Assembly (NCBI GenBank): GCA_029553505.1
Contig: JAKPKY010000165.1
Coordinates: forward strand, 36,595 to 100,594
DNA: 64,000 bases
Reading direction: 5' to 3'
DNA from: Planctomycetota bacterium
Lineage (GTDB): Bacteria; Planctomycetota; Phycisphaerae; SM23-33
The number at the start of each line of letters is the position of its first letter. Positions within the stretch are counted from its first letter, which is position 1. Below, piece after piece: positions 1 through 9,069 of this stretch. The translations under genes and the position numbers were made by a program. A model generated the notes under the pieces. The model had not been told where the DNA came from and ran no database searches. It worked only from the letters and a program-made list of their open reading frames with translations.

Positions 1-1561
1 TGAGGTTCCACGTCATGTGGAAGTGGTTGGCCGGGGCGTACTGCTTGTACTCGGCCATCGTGGCGTACCTGGGCACGACGAACGTGTGGGGCCAGGTGGG
101 CGTGGAGGTGTTGGCCACCGCCTGGGCGAGCGCGGCGGGCATCTCGGTGGTGCAGGCCTCGTCCCAGACCATCCCAAACCGCCCGGTGTCGTGGCAGAAG
201 GCCATCCGCGCGGCGATCCCCTCGATTCCGCCGGGGGTCATGAACGTCACGCTGTTCCCGCCGCCGGGGAAGTAGCCCGGGTCGGCCAGCGGCATGGAGA
301 CGGACTTCATCAGCGCCTCGGGCTTTGCGCCGGGCTTGCCCGCCCAGTTGAAGCTGGCCGAGCCGCTGTTGTCGCCGTCGACGAATCCGCGCTTCGCCCA
401 GAGCTCCTTTCCGGTGATGGAAATCTTGAGTTTTTTCGCCAGCGCCTCGATCTCCCAGGATTCCCAGACCTTGCGGAAGTCCATGAACAGCGGCGGGTTT
501 CCGCCCGACAGCCAGGTCATGAACAGCATCGTCAGCAGGCCCTGCATGTCGGCCTCGGTGGCGTAGGGCAGGGCGGGCTTCTCGCCGCGGTGGTCGAAGG
601 TGGAGTTGAAGAGGCTCTCCATGGCGTCTGCCACCGGCAGCGGCAGGCCGCGCGGGTCGCTGCCCCATTCGAGCTGGCTCATGAACCCGCCGCCGACGGC
701 ATTGAGATCTTCCATCAGGTCGCGGACGATCAGGTACATCGCCAGCGACTGCTCGAAGCGCTTCGCGTCGTCCTCGCCCTTGAGCTCCAGGCGCTTACCG
801 ACGAGCTTGTCGATCCACGCCCGCAAGGCGGCGAGCTCCTTCTTGTCGTACGCGCCCTTCTCGATCATGTCGCGCAGGAGCTTCATGTCCAGGCGGGTGA
901 TCTCCAGGCCGAAGATCCGCCGGGTGGGGATGATGTGACTGAGGGCGGTCTCCATGCCCATCGAGTCGTGCCCGAAGACGACGACGCGCCGGCCTTTCAA
1001 GCCGGCGAAGGTCAGTGCGGCGTAGCACCAGTCGATCAGGGCCTCTGCCGTCGCGTCGGTCATCTTGGGCTTGGCGCCGGTGTCGGGCCAGGTGCCGACG
1101 TTCAACGCGGCCAGGCGGCCCATCTGCGCCAGCGCGCCGTTGACCGCGTGGGCGTAAACCACGCCGGGCTTGGGCCCGCTGTTTCCGCAGGTGATGTTGA
1201 CCGGCAGGTCGGCGGGGAAGTGGCTCAGAAGGCTCACGAGCGTCAGTTGGGGGAAGGCCCAGGTGTCCGGCGCGAGGACGATCGCGTCGACGCCGGCGTC
1301 CTTGAACTGCCGGGCGACGAGGTCGGCCTGCTTCTCCCCGTCGATCAGGACGGTGGAGTAGACCACGCGGACGGGCGAACCGTCGGGCATCTTCACGCCG
1401 CCGGCGACGACCGACGCGACCATCTCCACGATGTTCACGCAGCGCTCGCGCGAGGCGGCGTCGATGCGGGGGTCGCTGGTGGCGCAGACGCCGAAGGTCA
1501 CGGCCCGGGCGCTGGAGCCTCGGGGGACGGAAAGCTTGGTCGCGGTGGACGCGTTCGTCAT
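1..1561 (-). CDS. fucI: L-fucose isomerase family protein (FucI-like); C-terminus runs past window start
   Basis: Minus-strand frame reading out of the window; ATG at 1559-1561 with GAGGAG RBS. Translation has FucI-type motifs (YFPGGGNSVTFMTPGG; NTSTPTWPHTFVVPRY) that line up with E. coli FucI C-terminal motifs. Absent from the ORF table because there is no stop inside the window. Confidence 0.75.
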   Translation of the reverse strand, partial: MTNASTATKLSVPRGSSARAVTFGVCATSDPRIDAASRERCVNIVEMVASVVAGGVKMPDGSPVRVVYSTVLIDGEKQADLVARQFKDAGVDAIVLAPDTWAFPQLTLVSLLSHFPADLPVNITCGNSGPKPGVVYAHAVNGALAQMGRLAALNVGTWPDTGAKPKMTDATAEALIDWCYAALTFAGLKGRRVVVFGHDSMGMETALSHIIPTRRIFGLEITRLDMKLLRDMIEKGAYDKKELAALRAWIDKLVGKRLELKGEDDAKRFEQSLAMYLIVRDLMEDLNAVGGGFMSQLEWGSDPRGLPLPVADAMESLFNSTFDHRGEKPALPYATEADMQGLLTMLFMTWLSGGNPPLFMDFRKVWESWEIEALAKKLKISITGKELWAKRGFVDGDNSGSASFNWAGKPGAKPEALMKSVSMPLADPGYFPGGGNSVTFMTPGGIEGIAARMAFCHDTGRFGMVWDEACTTEMPAALAQAVANTSTPTWPHTFVVPRYATMAEYKQYAPANHFHMTWNL

Positions 1562-1746
1562 GACGAATCTCCTCTGAGGTTCAGGAATGTCAGCCGCCTT
1601 CCCGAAGGAAGCGGGGCGACCATCTTACCCCCCGGCCGGAAAGCAACTCAATACCCGGATTGCGGTTTTTGCCCGCGGGCGGCGGAGGGCTATAATGCGC
1701 CGTCCGCGGGAACCCGCAGGCGCAACCAACGGAAAGGAGCGACGCG

Positions 1747-2328
1747 ATGGCCTTCACATTGCAAATCGGAGACGAGGCGCCGGACTTCCAACTGCCCGGC
1801 GTGGACGGAAAGACATACCGGCTGGCCGACTTCGCCCACGCGAAGGTGCTGGTCGTGTTCTTCACCTGCAACCACTGCCCGTTCGTGGTCGGCTCGGAGC
1901 GGCGCATCGCCGCGCTGCACGACCGGTTCCACCCGAAGGGCGTCGATTGGGTGGGCATCAACTCCAACGAGACGGAGAAACACCCCACCGACAGTTTCGA
2001 GCACATGAAGAAGCGCGCGAAGGAAGCGGGCCTGCGCTACCCCTACCTGCGGGACGATTCGCAGGACGTCGCGCGGGCCTACGGCGCGCTGCGCACGCCG
2101 CATTTCTTCGTCTTCGACGCGGACCGGCGCCTGCGATACACCGGCCGGCTGGACGACAGCCCCCGCGCGGAAGGCAAGCAGACCACCCACGAGCTTTGCG
2201 ACGCCCTGGAGGCGCTGCTGGCCGGGCAAACCCCGCCGACGCCCGTGACCAATCCCATCGGCTGCAACGTCAAGTGGAAGGGCCAGCCCGAACACTGGAT
2301 GCCCCCCGAGGCATGCGACCTGGTGTAA
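1747..2328 (+). CDS. thioredoxin-fold thiol-disulfide oxidoreductase / peroxiredoxin (AhpC-TSA/redoxin family)
   Basis: 193-aa ORF with CNHCPF (CxxC) motif in a thioredoxin-fold context; divergent from the fucI-like gene. Confidence 0.7.
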   Translation: MAFTLQIGDEAPDFQLPGVDGKTYRLADFAHAKVLVVFFTCNHCPFVVGSERRIAALHDRFHPKGVDWVGINSNETEKHPTDSFEHMKKRAKEAGLRYPYLRDDSQDVARAYGALRTPHFFVFDADRRLRYTGRLDDSPRAEGKQTTHELCDALEALLAGQTPPTPVTNPIGCNVKWKGQPEHWMPPEACDLV

Positions 2329-2451
2329 AATTTGGAGACATAAGGGAGTGTAAGTTTTAATCTTACATCGGTAAGCTACTTCAATAGAAGGATATACGTT
2401 TTGGACTGGCAAGTGTTGCATAAACATTTTTACCCATAGGGTCAATAGCCC

Positions 2452-2480
2452 TTGACAATTATTTTCTCACAACCTACAAT
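2452..2480 (+). promoter_or_regulatory. near-consensus sigma-70 promoter (TTGACA-17 nt-TACAAT) upstream of the HigB-like toxin gene
   Basis: TTGACA at about 2452-2457, 17-nt spacer, TACAAT at about 2475-2480, then GGGAAG RBS and GTG start at 2496. Confidence 0.6.
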
Positions 2481-2495
2481 TGGGGAGACTGGGAA

Positions 2496-2792
2496 GTGAA
2501 GCACATCTTCGCCAGTAAAAAGTTGCAACGTCTGTATTCGGAAAAGGATTATTCCGCAGGATATTCCCACGAGATTGTCAAGGCATTCCGGAAACGGGTG
2601 CAACAGATCGCGGCGGCGAGAGATGAACGCGATCTCTATGCTCTCAAATCACTGCATTTTGAAAAGTTAAAAGGCTCCAGGTCGCATCAACGATCCATCC
2701 GCCTCGACAAGCAGTACCGTTTGATCCTTGAAATCCAACGGGACGCTGGCGGCAACGTGATGATACTCATCGACATCGAGGATTATCACTAG
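2496..2792 (+). CDS. higB: HigB-family (RelE/ParE superfamily) type II toxin, 'plasmid maintenance system killer' type
   Basis: 98 aa, GTG start. MKHIFASKKLQRL...ILIDIEDYH is typical of HigB-like killer proteins (about 95 aa, conserved basic residues, C-terminal ...DYH). Lies in a low-GC islet. Confidence 0.7.
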   Translation: MKHIFASKKLQRLYSEKDYSAGYSHEIVKAFRKRVQQIAAARDERDLYALKSLHFEKLKGSRSHQRSIRLDKQYRLILEIQRDAGGNVMILIDIEDYH

Positions 2793-2808
2793 GTCAGGAA
2801 GAAAGTAC

Positions 2809-3957
2809 ATGACAGACAATGCCACATCTCCAGCCGAGGTGTTTCCTCCCGGAGAGTTCATCCGCGAAGAGCTTGAAGCTCGCGGCTGGACCCAGGAAGA
2901 CCTTTCGCGAATCCTCGACAGGCCCATCAAGACGGTCAATCAGATCATCACCGCCAAGAAGCAAATCACTCCTGATACGGCGGTCGAGTTGAGCCAGGCG
3001 TTCGGAACAAGCGCGGAATTTTGGCTGAACCTCGAATCTGCCTATCGTTTGTCTTTGGCCCGACAGGACAAAAGCGATGTTGGGCGAAGGGCAGTAATCT
3101 ATTCTTTCGCTCCTGTAAAAGAAATGTTCTCGCGAGGTTGGATTACAGCGGACCCCAAAACAGAGCTTGGCAATCTGGAACGCGAACTCTGCAAATTCTA
3201 TTCGGTGGAATCCTTGGCGCAAAAACCCCCCCTTCGCTATGCAGCCCGTTCTTCCGCCATGGGACATGTTGCCATCCCCGCACAGGTGGCTTGGGTAACG
3301 CGCGTGAAACACCTTGCTTCCCGTATGCGGGCATGCAAGTATTCCGAAAAAGCACTTCGAGAGCAGATTCCGCGGATTCTTGGGCTTTCCCGCCTGGAGG
3401 GGCAGGTGGCGAAGCTTCCGGTCGTTCTCTCCGAGTTGGGAGTGCGCCTGGTTTTCGTGCCGCATCTTTCGCAGACGAAAATAGACGGCGCCGCCTTGTG
3501 GCTGGATGACGATTCGCCTGTTGTTGGACTTTCGCTCCGGCACGATAGGATTGACAATTTCTGGTTCACCTTGATGCACGAACTAGCTCATATTGTATGT
3601 CGCCACTCAAAAAACGAGGCCATTGTTGATAACCAGCTTGTCGGCGCAGACAGATGTGATCCTGAGGATATGGCAACCATCGAAAAAGAAGCGGATCAGT
3701 TGGCAAGAAAGTGGCTTGTGCCGGAAAAGGAATTAAAGAGCTTTATCGCCGGGACTGCGCCGTATTTTAGCCGGCAACGCATCGAAGAATTTTCCGAAAA
3801 ACTGGGGATACATCCCGGGATCGTAGAGGGGCGTTTACAATTTGAGCAACAAGTGCCCTACTCTCATTTGCGAGGTTTACTCACTCCCGTGCGTCGGTTC
3901 ATTGTAAATGGCGGGCTACTTGACCAGTTGCCTTCCTCTTTAACCAGCGCAGCTTGA
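2809..3957 (+). CDS. HigA-like XRE-family HTH antitoxin fused to an ImmA/IrrE (COG2856/DUF955) zinc-metallopeptidase domain
   Basis: 382 aa. The N-terminus has the HigA-like HTH segment (GWTQEDLSRILDRPIKTVNQII). The C-terminal half carries the HEXXH motif (LMHELAHIV) followed by a conserved EKEADQLA motif, as in ImmA/IrrE peptidases. Lies 17 nt after higB, same strand. Confidence 0.65.
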   Translation: MTDNATSPAEVFPPGEFIREELEARGWTQEDLSRILDRPIKTVNQIITAKKQITPDTAVELSQAFGTSAEFWLNLESAYRLSLARQDKSDVGRRAVIYSFAPVKEMFSRGWITADPKTELGNLERELCKFYSVESLAQKPPLRYAARSSAMGHVAIPAQVAWVTRVKHLASRMRACKYSEKALREQIPRILGLSRLEGQVAKLPVVLSELGVRLVFVPHLSQTKIDGAALWLDDDSPVVGLSLRHDRIDNFWFTLMHELAHIVCRHSKNEAIVDNQLVGADRCDPEDMATIEKEADQLARKWLVPEKELKSFIAGTAPYFSRQRIEEFSEKLGIHPGIVEGRLQFEQQVPYSHLRGLLTPVRRFIVNGGLLDQLPSSLTSAA

Positions 3958-3995
3958 TTCCGTATTTATGTTTTCGCATTGCCAGCCCCTGTTCC

Positions 3996-4024
3996 TTGAC
4001 AGGTTGGCGGCGCGAGCGTATAGG
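3996..4024 (+). promoter_or_regulatory. putative sigma-70 promoter for galK (TTGACA-17 nt-TATAGG), near-leaderless
   Basis: TTGACA at about 3996-4001 and TATAGG at about 4019-4024; galK ATG at 4033, so only a very short leader if this is used. Confidence 0.4.
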
Positions 4025-4032
4025 TTCCGGCC

Positions 4033-5196
4033 ATGAATGAGACCCTAGAGCCATTGCGGAAGCGTTTTGCGGAGCTGTACGGGCGAGCGCCGGCAGGGGC
4101 GGTCCGCGCGCCGGGGCGCGTGAACCTCATCGGCGAGCACACCGATTACAACGACGGATTCGTGCTGCCGATCGCCATCGAGAAGCGGACGGCCGCGGTG
4201 TACGCGCCGGGCGCGGGGCGGCGGGTGCGGCTGGCGTCGGTCCAGCAGCCTGGCCTGGACGCCGTGATCGACCTGGACGGGGCAATCGCCAAGGGCGAGC
4301 CGAAGTGGGCCAACTACTGCCGGGGCGTGGCGGCCGGGCTGGCGGCGCGGGGCCTGAAACTCGCCGCCTGCGACGTGCTGTTCGACAGCGACGTGCCCAT
4401 CGGCGGCGGGCTGAGCAGTTCGGCCTCGCTGGAGGTGGCCACGGCGCTGGCGCTGCTGGGCAGCGCGGGGTTGTCCGGCGCGGTGCCGCCGTACGAGCTG
4501 GCCAAGCTCTGCCAGAAGGCCGAGCACGACTACGCGGGCACGCCCTGCGGCATCATGGACCAGGCGATCAGCGTGATGGGACAGGCCGGGCACGCCCTGC
4601 TGCTGGACTGCCGCGACGGGGCGGTGCGCCAGGTCCCGTTCGACGATCCGGACGTGGTGCTGCTGGTGGCCGACACGCAGGTCAAGCACGACCTGACGGA
4701 CGGCGGATACGCCGCGCGGCGCGCGCAGTGCCACAGCGCGGCGGCCAAGCTGGGCGCCGTGAGCCTGCGCGAGGTCGATGGGTCGGCGGTGGCTGCGGCA
4801 GGGGCGGCCGGGAAACTCGACGCCAAGGAAGTCATGCGGGCGCGGCACGTCGTCGGGGAGATCGAGCGAACGGTCCAGGCCGTCGCGGCGCTGGAGGCGC
4901 ACGACTACGCGCGGTTCGGCGAGTTGATGGTCGGCTCGCACGAGTCGCTGCGGGACGACTACGAGGTCAGTTGCGAGGAGCTGGACGCGATCGTCGAGCT
5001 GGCGCTGGGGCAGCGCGGGGTGTTCGGGGCGCGGATGACCGGCGGCGGGTTCGGCGGGTGCGCCATCGTGCTGGTGGAGGCGGCGCGGGCGGATGCGACG
5101 GGCGAAGCCGTCCGCGAAGGCTTCGTGAAACGTTTCGGGCGGCGCTGCCCGGTCTTCGCCACGCACGCCGCAGCCGGCGCGAGCCCGATCGGCTGA
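4033..5196 (+). CDS. galK: galactokinase (GHMP kinase)
   Basis: 387 aa. Classic GalK signature GRVNLIGEHTDYNDGFVLPIAI near the N-terminus, GHMP motif PIGGGLSSSASLEVA, and C-terminal GGGFGGC. Confidence 0.9.
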   Translation: MNETLEPLRKRFAELYGRAPAGAVRAPGRVNLIGEHTDYNDGFVLPIAIEKRTAAVYAPGAGRRVRLASVQQPGLDAVIDLDGAIAKGEPKWANYCRGVAAGLAARGLKLAACDVLFDSDVPIGGGLSSSASLEVATALALLGSAGLSGAVPPYELAKLCQKAEHDYAGTPCGIMDQAISVMGQAGHALLLDCRDGAVRQVPFDDPDVVLLVADTQVKHDLTDGGYAARRAQCHSAAAKLGAVSLREVDGSAVAAAGAAGKLDAKEVMRARHVVGEIERTVQAVAALEAHDYARFGELMVGSHESLRDDYEVSCEELDAIVELALGQRGVFGARMTGGGFGGCAIVLVEAARADATGEAVREGFVKRFGRRCPVFATHAAAGASPIG

Positions 5197-5225
5197 GACT
5201 TTTCGCGTTCTCAGTGACGCCATTG

Positions 5226-5304
5226 GGTGGCACGGCTTGCTCGCAAGCCGTGTTGGGATTGCCCCCAGACGCGGGAACACGGGCTGCAAGCAGCCCGTGC
5301 CACC
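5226..5304. repeat. family-B palindromic repeat core (GGTGGCAC-hairpin-GTG...CAC-hairpin-GTGCCACC)
   Basis: Two perfect stem-loops (GGCTTGC-TC-GCAAGCC and GGGCTGC-AA-GCAGCCC) bracketed by GGTGGCAC / GTGCCACC. Same architecture recurs at about 26223-26357 and 32708-32838. Confidence 0.7.
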
Positions 5305-5400
5305 CTCCCATGATGAATCGCTTACAACGCGAGCGCAGAACAAGGCCCGCGGAGTTCGTCACCGCGGGCCTTGTGTTTTGCGTCCGGCGTTGGTGAAGCG

Positions 5401-6153
5401 TCAGTCGGCCTTTTCTTCGGCCGGCTTGTCCTTCTTCTTTCTTTCGCCTTCAGGCTTCTTTCCGCCTTCGCGCCCCTTCTCGTCGTGGGCGGTCATCTTG
5501 GCGCGCTGCTCGTCGTTCAGCACCTTCTCGGCGATGTCCTTGTTGAGCTTCCCGAGCATCTCGCCCTTGGCCTTCTTGTCCGCCTGGGCGGCGAAATCGG
5601 CGCCGACGGCGCCGCACAGCTCGCGCACCTTGGCGTTCTGCTCCTCGGAGAGGTCCAGGCGCTTATAGCGGCGCATCACCAGCTGGAAGAGCTGGAATCC
5701 CTGCCACTTCTTGGCCTGCTCCGGCGTGAGGATGCCCAGGATCGCGTCTTGGTGTTTCTTCTCAATCTCGCCGCGTTTGGCCATCAGGGCCTTGAGGTCT
5801 TTCTCGGCCTGCTCGGCCTTGGCCTTGTCCTCGCCCTTCATGACCTCCCGGAGTTCCTTCATCTTCTCGCCGTTTTCCTGCTGGAAGGCGTTCATGGCCT
5901 GTTCCTTGGCCTTGGCGAACTCGGCGAGTTTCGCCTGCTGGGCCTCGTCCAGACCGAGTTCCCTGACCATTTGGGCGTACTGGCCTCGCAGGCCCTTCTT
6001 CTCGCCCTTGTCCCCCCCGTCTTTCTTCTGGGCGGCCTTGGCGTCCCTCTTCTTGCCTTCCTTCCCGTTGTCGCCCTCGGCCCGCAGCGCCATCGGCGAA
6101 ATCACCAGGACCAACGCCGTCAGACCTGCCATCCACCAACGCAACGTTTTCAT
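5401..6153 (-). CDS. secreted Spy/CpxP-family (LTxxQ-motif) periplasmic protein, K/E-rich
   Basis: 250 aa with N-terminal signal peptide. Repeated LTPEQ / LSEEQ / LDEAQ (LTxxQ) motifs and charged coiled-coil-like composition. Confidence 0.6.
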   Translation of the reverse strand: MKTLRWWMAGLTALVLVISPMALRAEGDNGKEGKKRDAKAAQKKDGGDKGEKKGLRGQYAQMVRELGLDEAQQAKLAEFAKAKEQAMNAFQQENGEKMKELREVMKGEDKAKAEQAEKDLKALMAKRGEIEKKHQDAILGILTPEQAKKWQGFQLFQLVMRRYKRLDLSEEQNAKVRELCGAVGADFAAQADKKAKGEMLGKLNKDIAEKVLNDEQRAKMTAHDEKGREGGKKPEGERKKKDKPAEEKAD

Positions 6154-6425
6154 CGTCGAACTCCCACAAGGGGCCCGATACGCAGGAGGATCGCACTTGG
6201 CCCGGCGGGTGCGATTCCATCGCCGACGGCCGCAAGGCCACCCCGGCCCCGCGGAATGCCGTCAGGAACTGTGATTATAGTGTAACGCAGCCGGGGAAGC
6301 GATGTTTCGTCGGGTCGAGAAACTTCTGCCAGACCGCGAGCGCCGACCGGGCCGCCGTTGTGACGGCAGGGACGTTGCGGTACGATATCCATAAGCAAGC
6401 CGGATGGGTCCGGCGCGGAGCGGAT

Positions 6426-7856
6426 ATGCAACTCGTTGTCTTGGTGGCGTTTGTGGTCAGCTTTGGGCTGGTGGACCTGTTGGCTTCCGACCCGCAGGGC
6501 GCCGCGGCGGCGCTGCGGACGCCGCCGGCGATGTTCCTGTCCGCCGTCGGCGGATACCTGCTCGTCGCGGGCGCGATGGCCTGGCTGAATACGCGACTCT
6601 CGCTGCGCCGCCTGGCGGGGCAGGCGGACCTACCGCCCCGCGCGCTGCGCCGCCACCACCTGCTGGCCGTGGCGACGGGCGTCTGGCTGGCGGCGGGTCT
6701 GGCGGGCGTGCTGCTGGCAGGCTACGGGCGCTGGCTGGTCGAAGACCTCCATCTGTCCGGCGTGCCGCTGGCGCCCAAGCTGCTGGCCGTCGCGCCGTTC
6801 CTGGCGGCGGTGGAGCTCGTCTGGCTGCTGGACTACCCGTACTACCGCGCGATCCGCCGGCGCATCTGGGCCGGGCGCGACGACGCGCCCTGCTGGTCGC
6901 CCGCGGAATACCTCGACTACAACACGCGGCACCACGTGCTGTTCATCGCCGTGCCGGTGGCGCTGATCGTGCTGGGGGTGGACCTGCTGGCGCTGGCTGC
7001 CCCGGCCCTCGACCGCGCGCTGCCCGCGCCGGCGGGGCAGATCGTCCATGCCGCGGGCAGCTTCGCCGTCGCCGGCGCGGTGTTCCTCCTGGCGCCGCTG
7101 CTGATCGTCCGCGTCTGGCGCACCGAGCGCCTGCCCGACGGCCCGCTGCGCGCCCGCCTGCGGGACACCTGCGTCCGCCTGGGCCTCCGCGTGCGCGACC
7201 TGCGCGTCTGGCGGTCGGGCGGGCAGATCGTCAACGCAGCCGTCATGGGCCTGGCCGCGCCCGTGCGCTACGTCCTGCTGACCGACGCGCTGCTGGAGCA
7301 CCTCGACGAGCGCGGCGTGGAGGCGGTCTTCGCCCACGAGGCGGGGCACATCGTCTCGCACCACATCTTCTACTCGGTGCTGCTGGTGCTCTCCGCCGCG
7401 GTCGGGTGCGCGGCCCTGGCGGAGCTGGCCGCCGGCGCGACGGGCCTCGGGCCGTGGGTTTCCGACCTGCTGGCCGTGGCGATGCTGGCGGGGGCGTGGG
7501 GTTTGGGCTTCGGGTGGGTCAGCCGGCGGTTCGAGCGCCAGTGCGACGTGCAGGCTGCGTGGGCGATGAGCGGCGCCGCGCCGCGCGACCGCGCCGCCGC
7601 CATCACGCCCGAAGGCGCCGCGACGTTCGCCTGGGCCCTCCAGCAGATCGCCCGCCTCAACGGCATCGCGCCGGAGCAGTTCAACTGGCGGCACGGGTCG
7701 ATCGCCCGGCGGGTCGAGCACGTGCTCTGGCTGGGCGCGACGGGCGGCACGCGCCAGGCCATCGACCGGACGGTCCGGCGGATCAAGGCGGCGCTCTGGC
7801 TGGCTGCCGGCGCGGCGGCCGCCCTGACGGCATGGTCCTTCTTCCAAACCGCATGA
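6426..7856 (+). CDS. integral-membrane zinc metallopeptidase, M48 (HtpX/Ste24-like) family
   Basis: Multiple predicted TM helices; HEXXH in FAHEAGHIVSHH. Start placed at the second Met, MQLVVLV. Confidence 0.6.
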   Translation: MQLVVLVAFVVSFGLVDLLASDPQGAAAALRTPPAMFLSAVGGYLLVAGAMAWLNTRLSLRRLAGQADLPPRALRRHHLLAVATGVWLAAGLAGVLLAGYGRWLVEDLHLSGVPLAPKLLAVAPFLAAVELVWLLDYPYYRAIRRRIWAGRDDAPCWSPAEYLDYNTRHHVLFIAVPVALIVLGVDLLALAAPALDRALPAPAGQIVHAAGSFAVAGAVFLLAPLLIVRVWRTERLPDGPLRARLRDTCVRLGLRVRDLRVWRSGGQIVNAAVMGLAAPVRYVLLTDALLEHLDERGVEAVFAHEAGHIVSHHIFYSVLLVLSAAVGCAALAELAAGATGLGPWVSDLLAVAMLAGAWGLGFGWVSRRFERQCDVQAAWAMSGAAPRDRAAAITPEGAATFAWALQQIARLNGIAPEQFNWRHGSIARRVEHVLWLGATGGTRQAIDRTVRRIKAALWLAAGAAAALTAWSFFQTA

Positions 7857-7866
7857 GGTCAACTCC

Positions 7867-8760
7867 ATGAATCCCGCACAGGACACTCCCAAGGTCGCCA
7901 TCGTCACGGGCGCATCCAGCGGCATCGGCTGGCAGACGGTCCTGGCGTTCGCGCGTCGCGGCTGGTCCGTCGTGCCCGCCGCCCGGCGCGCGGCGCGCCT
8001 GGACGAGCTGGCCGACCGCTGCCGGGCGCTGGGCGCCCAGGCGCTGCCCGTGCCGACCGACGTGTCGAGGGAAGACCAGGTCGACGCCCTCGTCGCCCGC
8101 GCGATGGAACGCTTCGGGCGCATCGACGCGATGGTCAACAACGCCGGGCGCGGCGAGTTCGGGCGCGTCCACGAGATTTCCGACCGGCGGATGCGCGAGG
8201 TGTTCGACGTGAACTTTTACGGCGTCTTTTACGGCTGCAAGGCCGTCGCGCCGATCTTCATGGCCCGGCGGGGCGGGCACATCTTCAACGTCTCGTCGGT
8301 CATCGGCAAGCGCGCCACACCGTTCCACGGGGCGTACTGCGCCACCAAGTTCGCCGTCTGCGGGCTGACCGAGTCGTTGCGGGTGGAGATGAAGCCCTAC
8401 GGCGTGCGCGTCACGTCGGTGTGCCCCGCCCTGACGGACACGGAGTTCTTCGAGCACAGCCGGGGCGGACGATCCACCCAGTCGCGCTACGTCCGCCGCG
8501 AACGCATGACGGCGCCGGAGAAAATCGCCCGCGCGATTGTCCGCGCCGTCGGGCGCGACGTGCCGGAGATGGTCTTCACGGCAGGGGGAAAATGCCTGGT
8601 GGTGCTGAACACCCTTTGGCCGGCGGCGGCGGACTGGATCATGAAACGCTACCACGACGACCTACTCCGCGCCCGCGGGGAAGGCATGCCCCCCAATGGC
8701 GGGTCGAAATCCGCCGCGCGGGGCGGTACAATGCCTTCCGAGGAGGCGCGGACGCCATGA
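7867..8760 (+). CDS. short-chain dehydrogenase/reductase (SDR) family oxidoreductase
   Basis: VAIVTGASSGIG Rossmann motif, NNAG, and S...YxxxK catalytic pattern (YCATK). Starts 10 nt after the M48 peptidase gene. Confidence 0.85.
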   Translation: MNPAQDTPKVAIVTGASSGIGWQTVLAFARRGWSVVPAARRAARLDELADRCRALGAQALPVPTDVSREDQVDALVARAMERFGRIDAMVNNAGRGEFGRVHEISDRRMREVFDVNFYGVFYGCKAVAPIFMARRGGHIFNVSSVIGKRATPFHGAYCATKFAVCGLTESLRVEMKPYGVRVTSVCPALTDTEFFEHSRGGRSTQSRYVRRERMTAPEKIARAIVRAVGRDVPEMVFTAGGKCLVVLNTLWPAAADWIMKRYHDDLLRARGEGMPPNGGSKSAARGGTMPSEEARTP

Positions 8761-8906
8761 AACGAATCTGGATTCTTCTGGTCCTGGCGGCGATGGCGGT
8801 GGGCGGGTGCTTCCAGTCGCCACGGGAGATCAACGTCAACATCGGCTCGGGCGGCGACAAGGACGGCCGGGACCGCCCCTCGGCCCCGTCGCAACTGCCG
8901 GATTAG
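8757..8906 (+). CDS. small predicted lipoprotein (49 aa), start overlaps SDR stop (ATGA)
   Basis: MKRIWILLVLAAMAVGGC lipobox. Its N-terminus is paralogous to the N-terminus of the downstream HAD lipoprotein (13 nt identical around the Cys codon). Confidence 0.45.
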   Translation: MKRIWILLVLAAMAVGGCFQSPREINVNIGSGGDKDGRDRPSAPSQLPD

Positions 8907-8936
8907 ACAGATCGCGCCGCGTTTGCGCGGAACGAA

Positions 8937-9033
8937 AACCAGAGCGGGATTTCACGGATTCCCCCGATTCCACGGATGTTTTCGGAACAGATCCCTTGGT
9001 GGAATCTCTGAAATCCCATAATCCCGCTCTCTT
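8937..9033. mobile_element. MITE-like element, family E (terminal inverted repeats AGAGCGGGATT ... AATCCCGCTCT)
   Basis: 97 bp bounded by 11-13 bp inverted termini. A second, longer copy with the same termini lies at about 41816-41990. Confidence 0.6.
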
Positions 9034-9069
9034 TTTCCGGATTGGTCAGACGTGACAGGGAGGTACGGG

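Noticed and set aside
17-2008. 663-aa + strand ORF rich in G/R/A/V covering the first 2 kb
   Set aside because: Antisense to a convincingly FucI-like minus-strand frame and to the redoxin gene; amino-acid composition is a high-GC frame artefact.
5371-6285. 304-aa + ORF (Leu/Gly-rich) overlapping the Spy-like gene
   Set aside because: Antisense to a minus-strand frame with signal peptide and LTxxQ repeats; repetitive L/G composition is typical of a shadow ORF.
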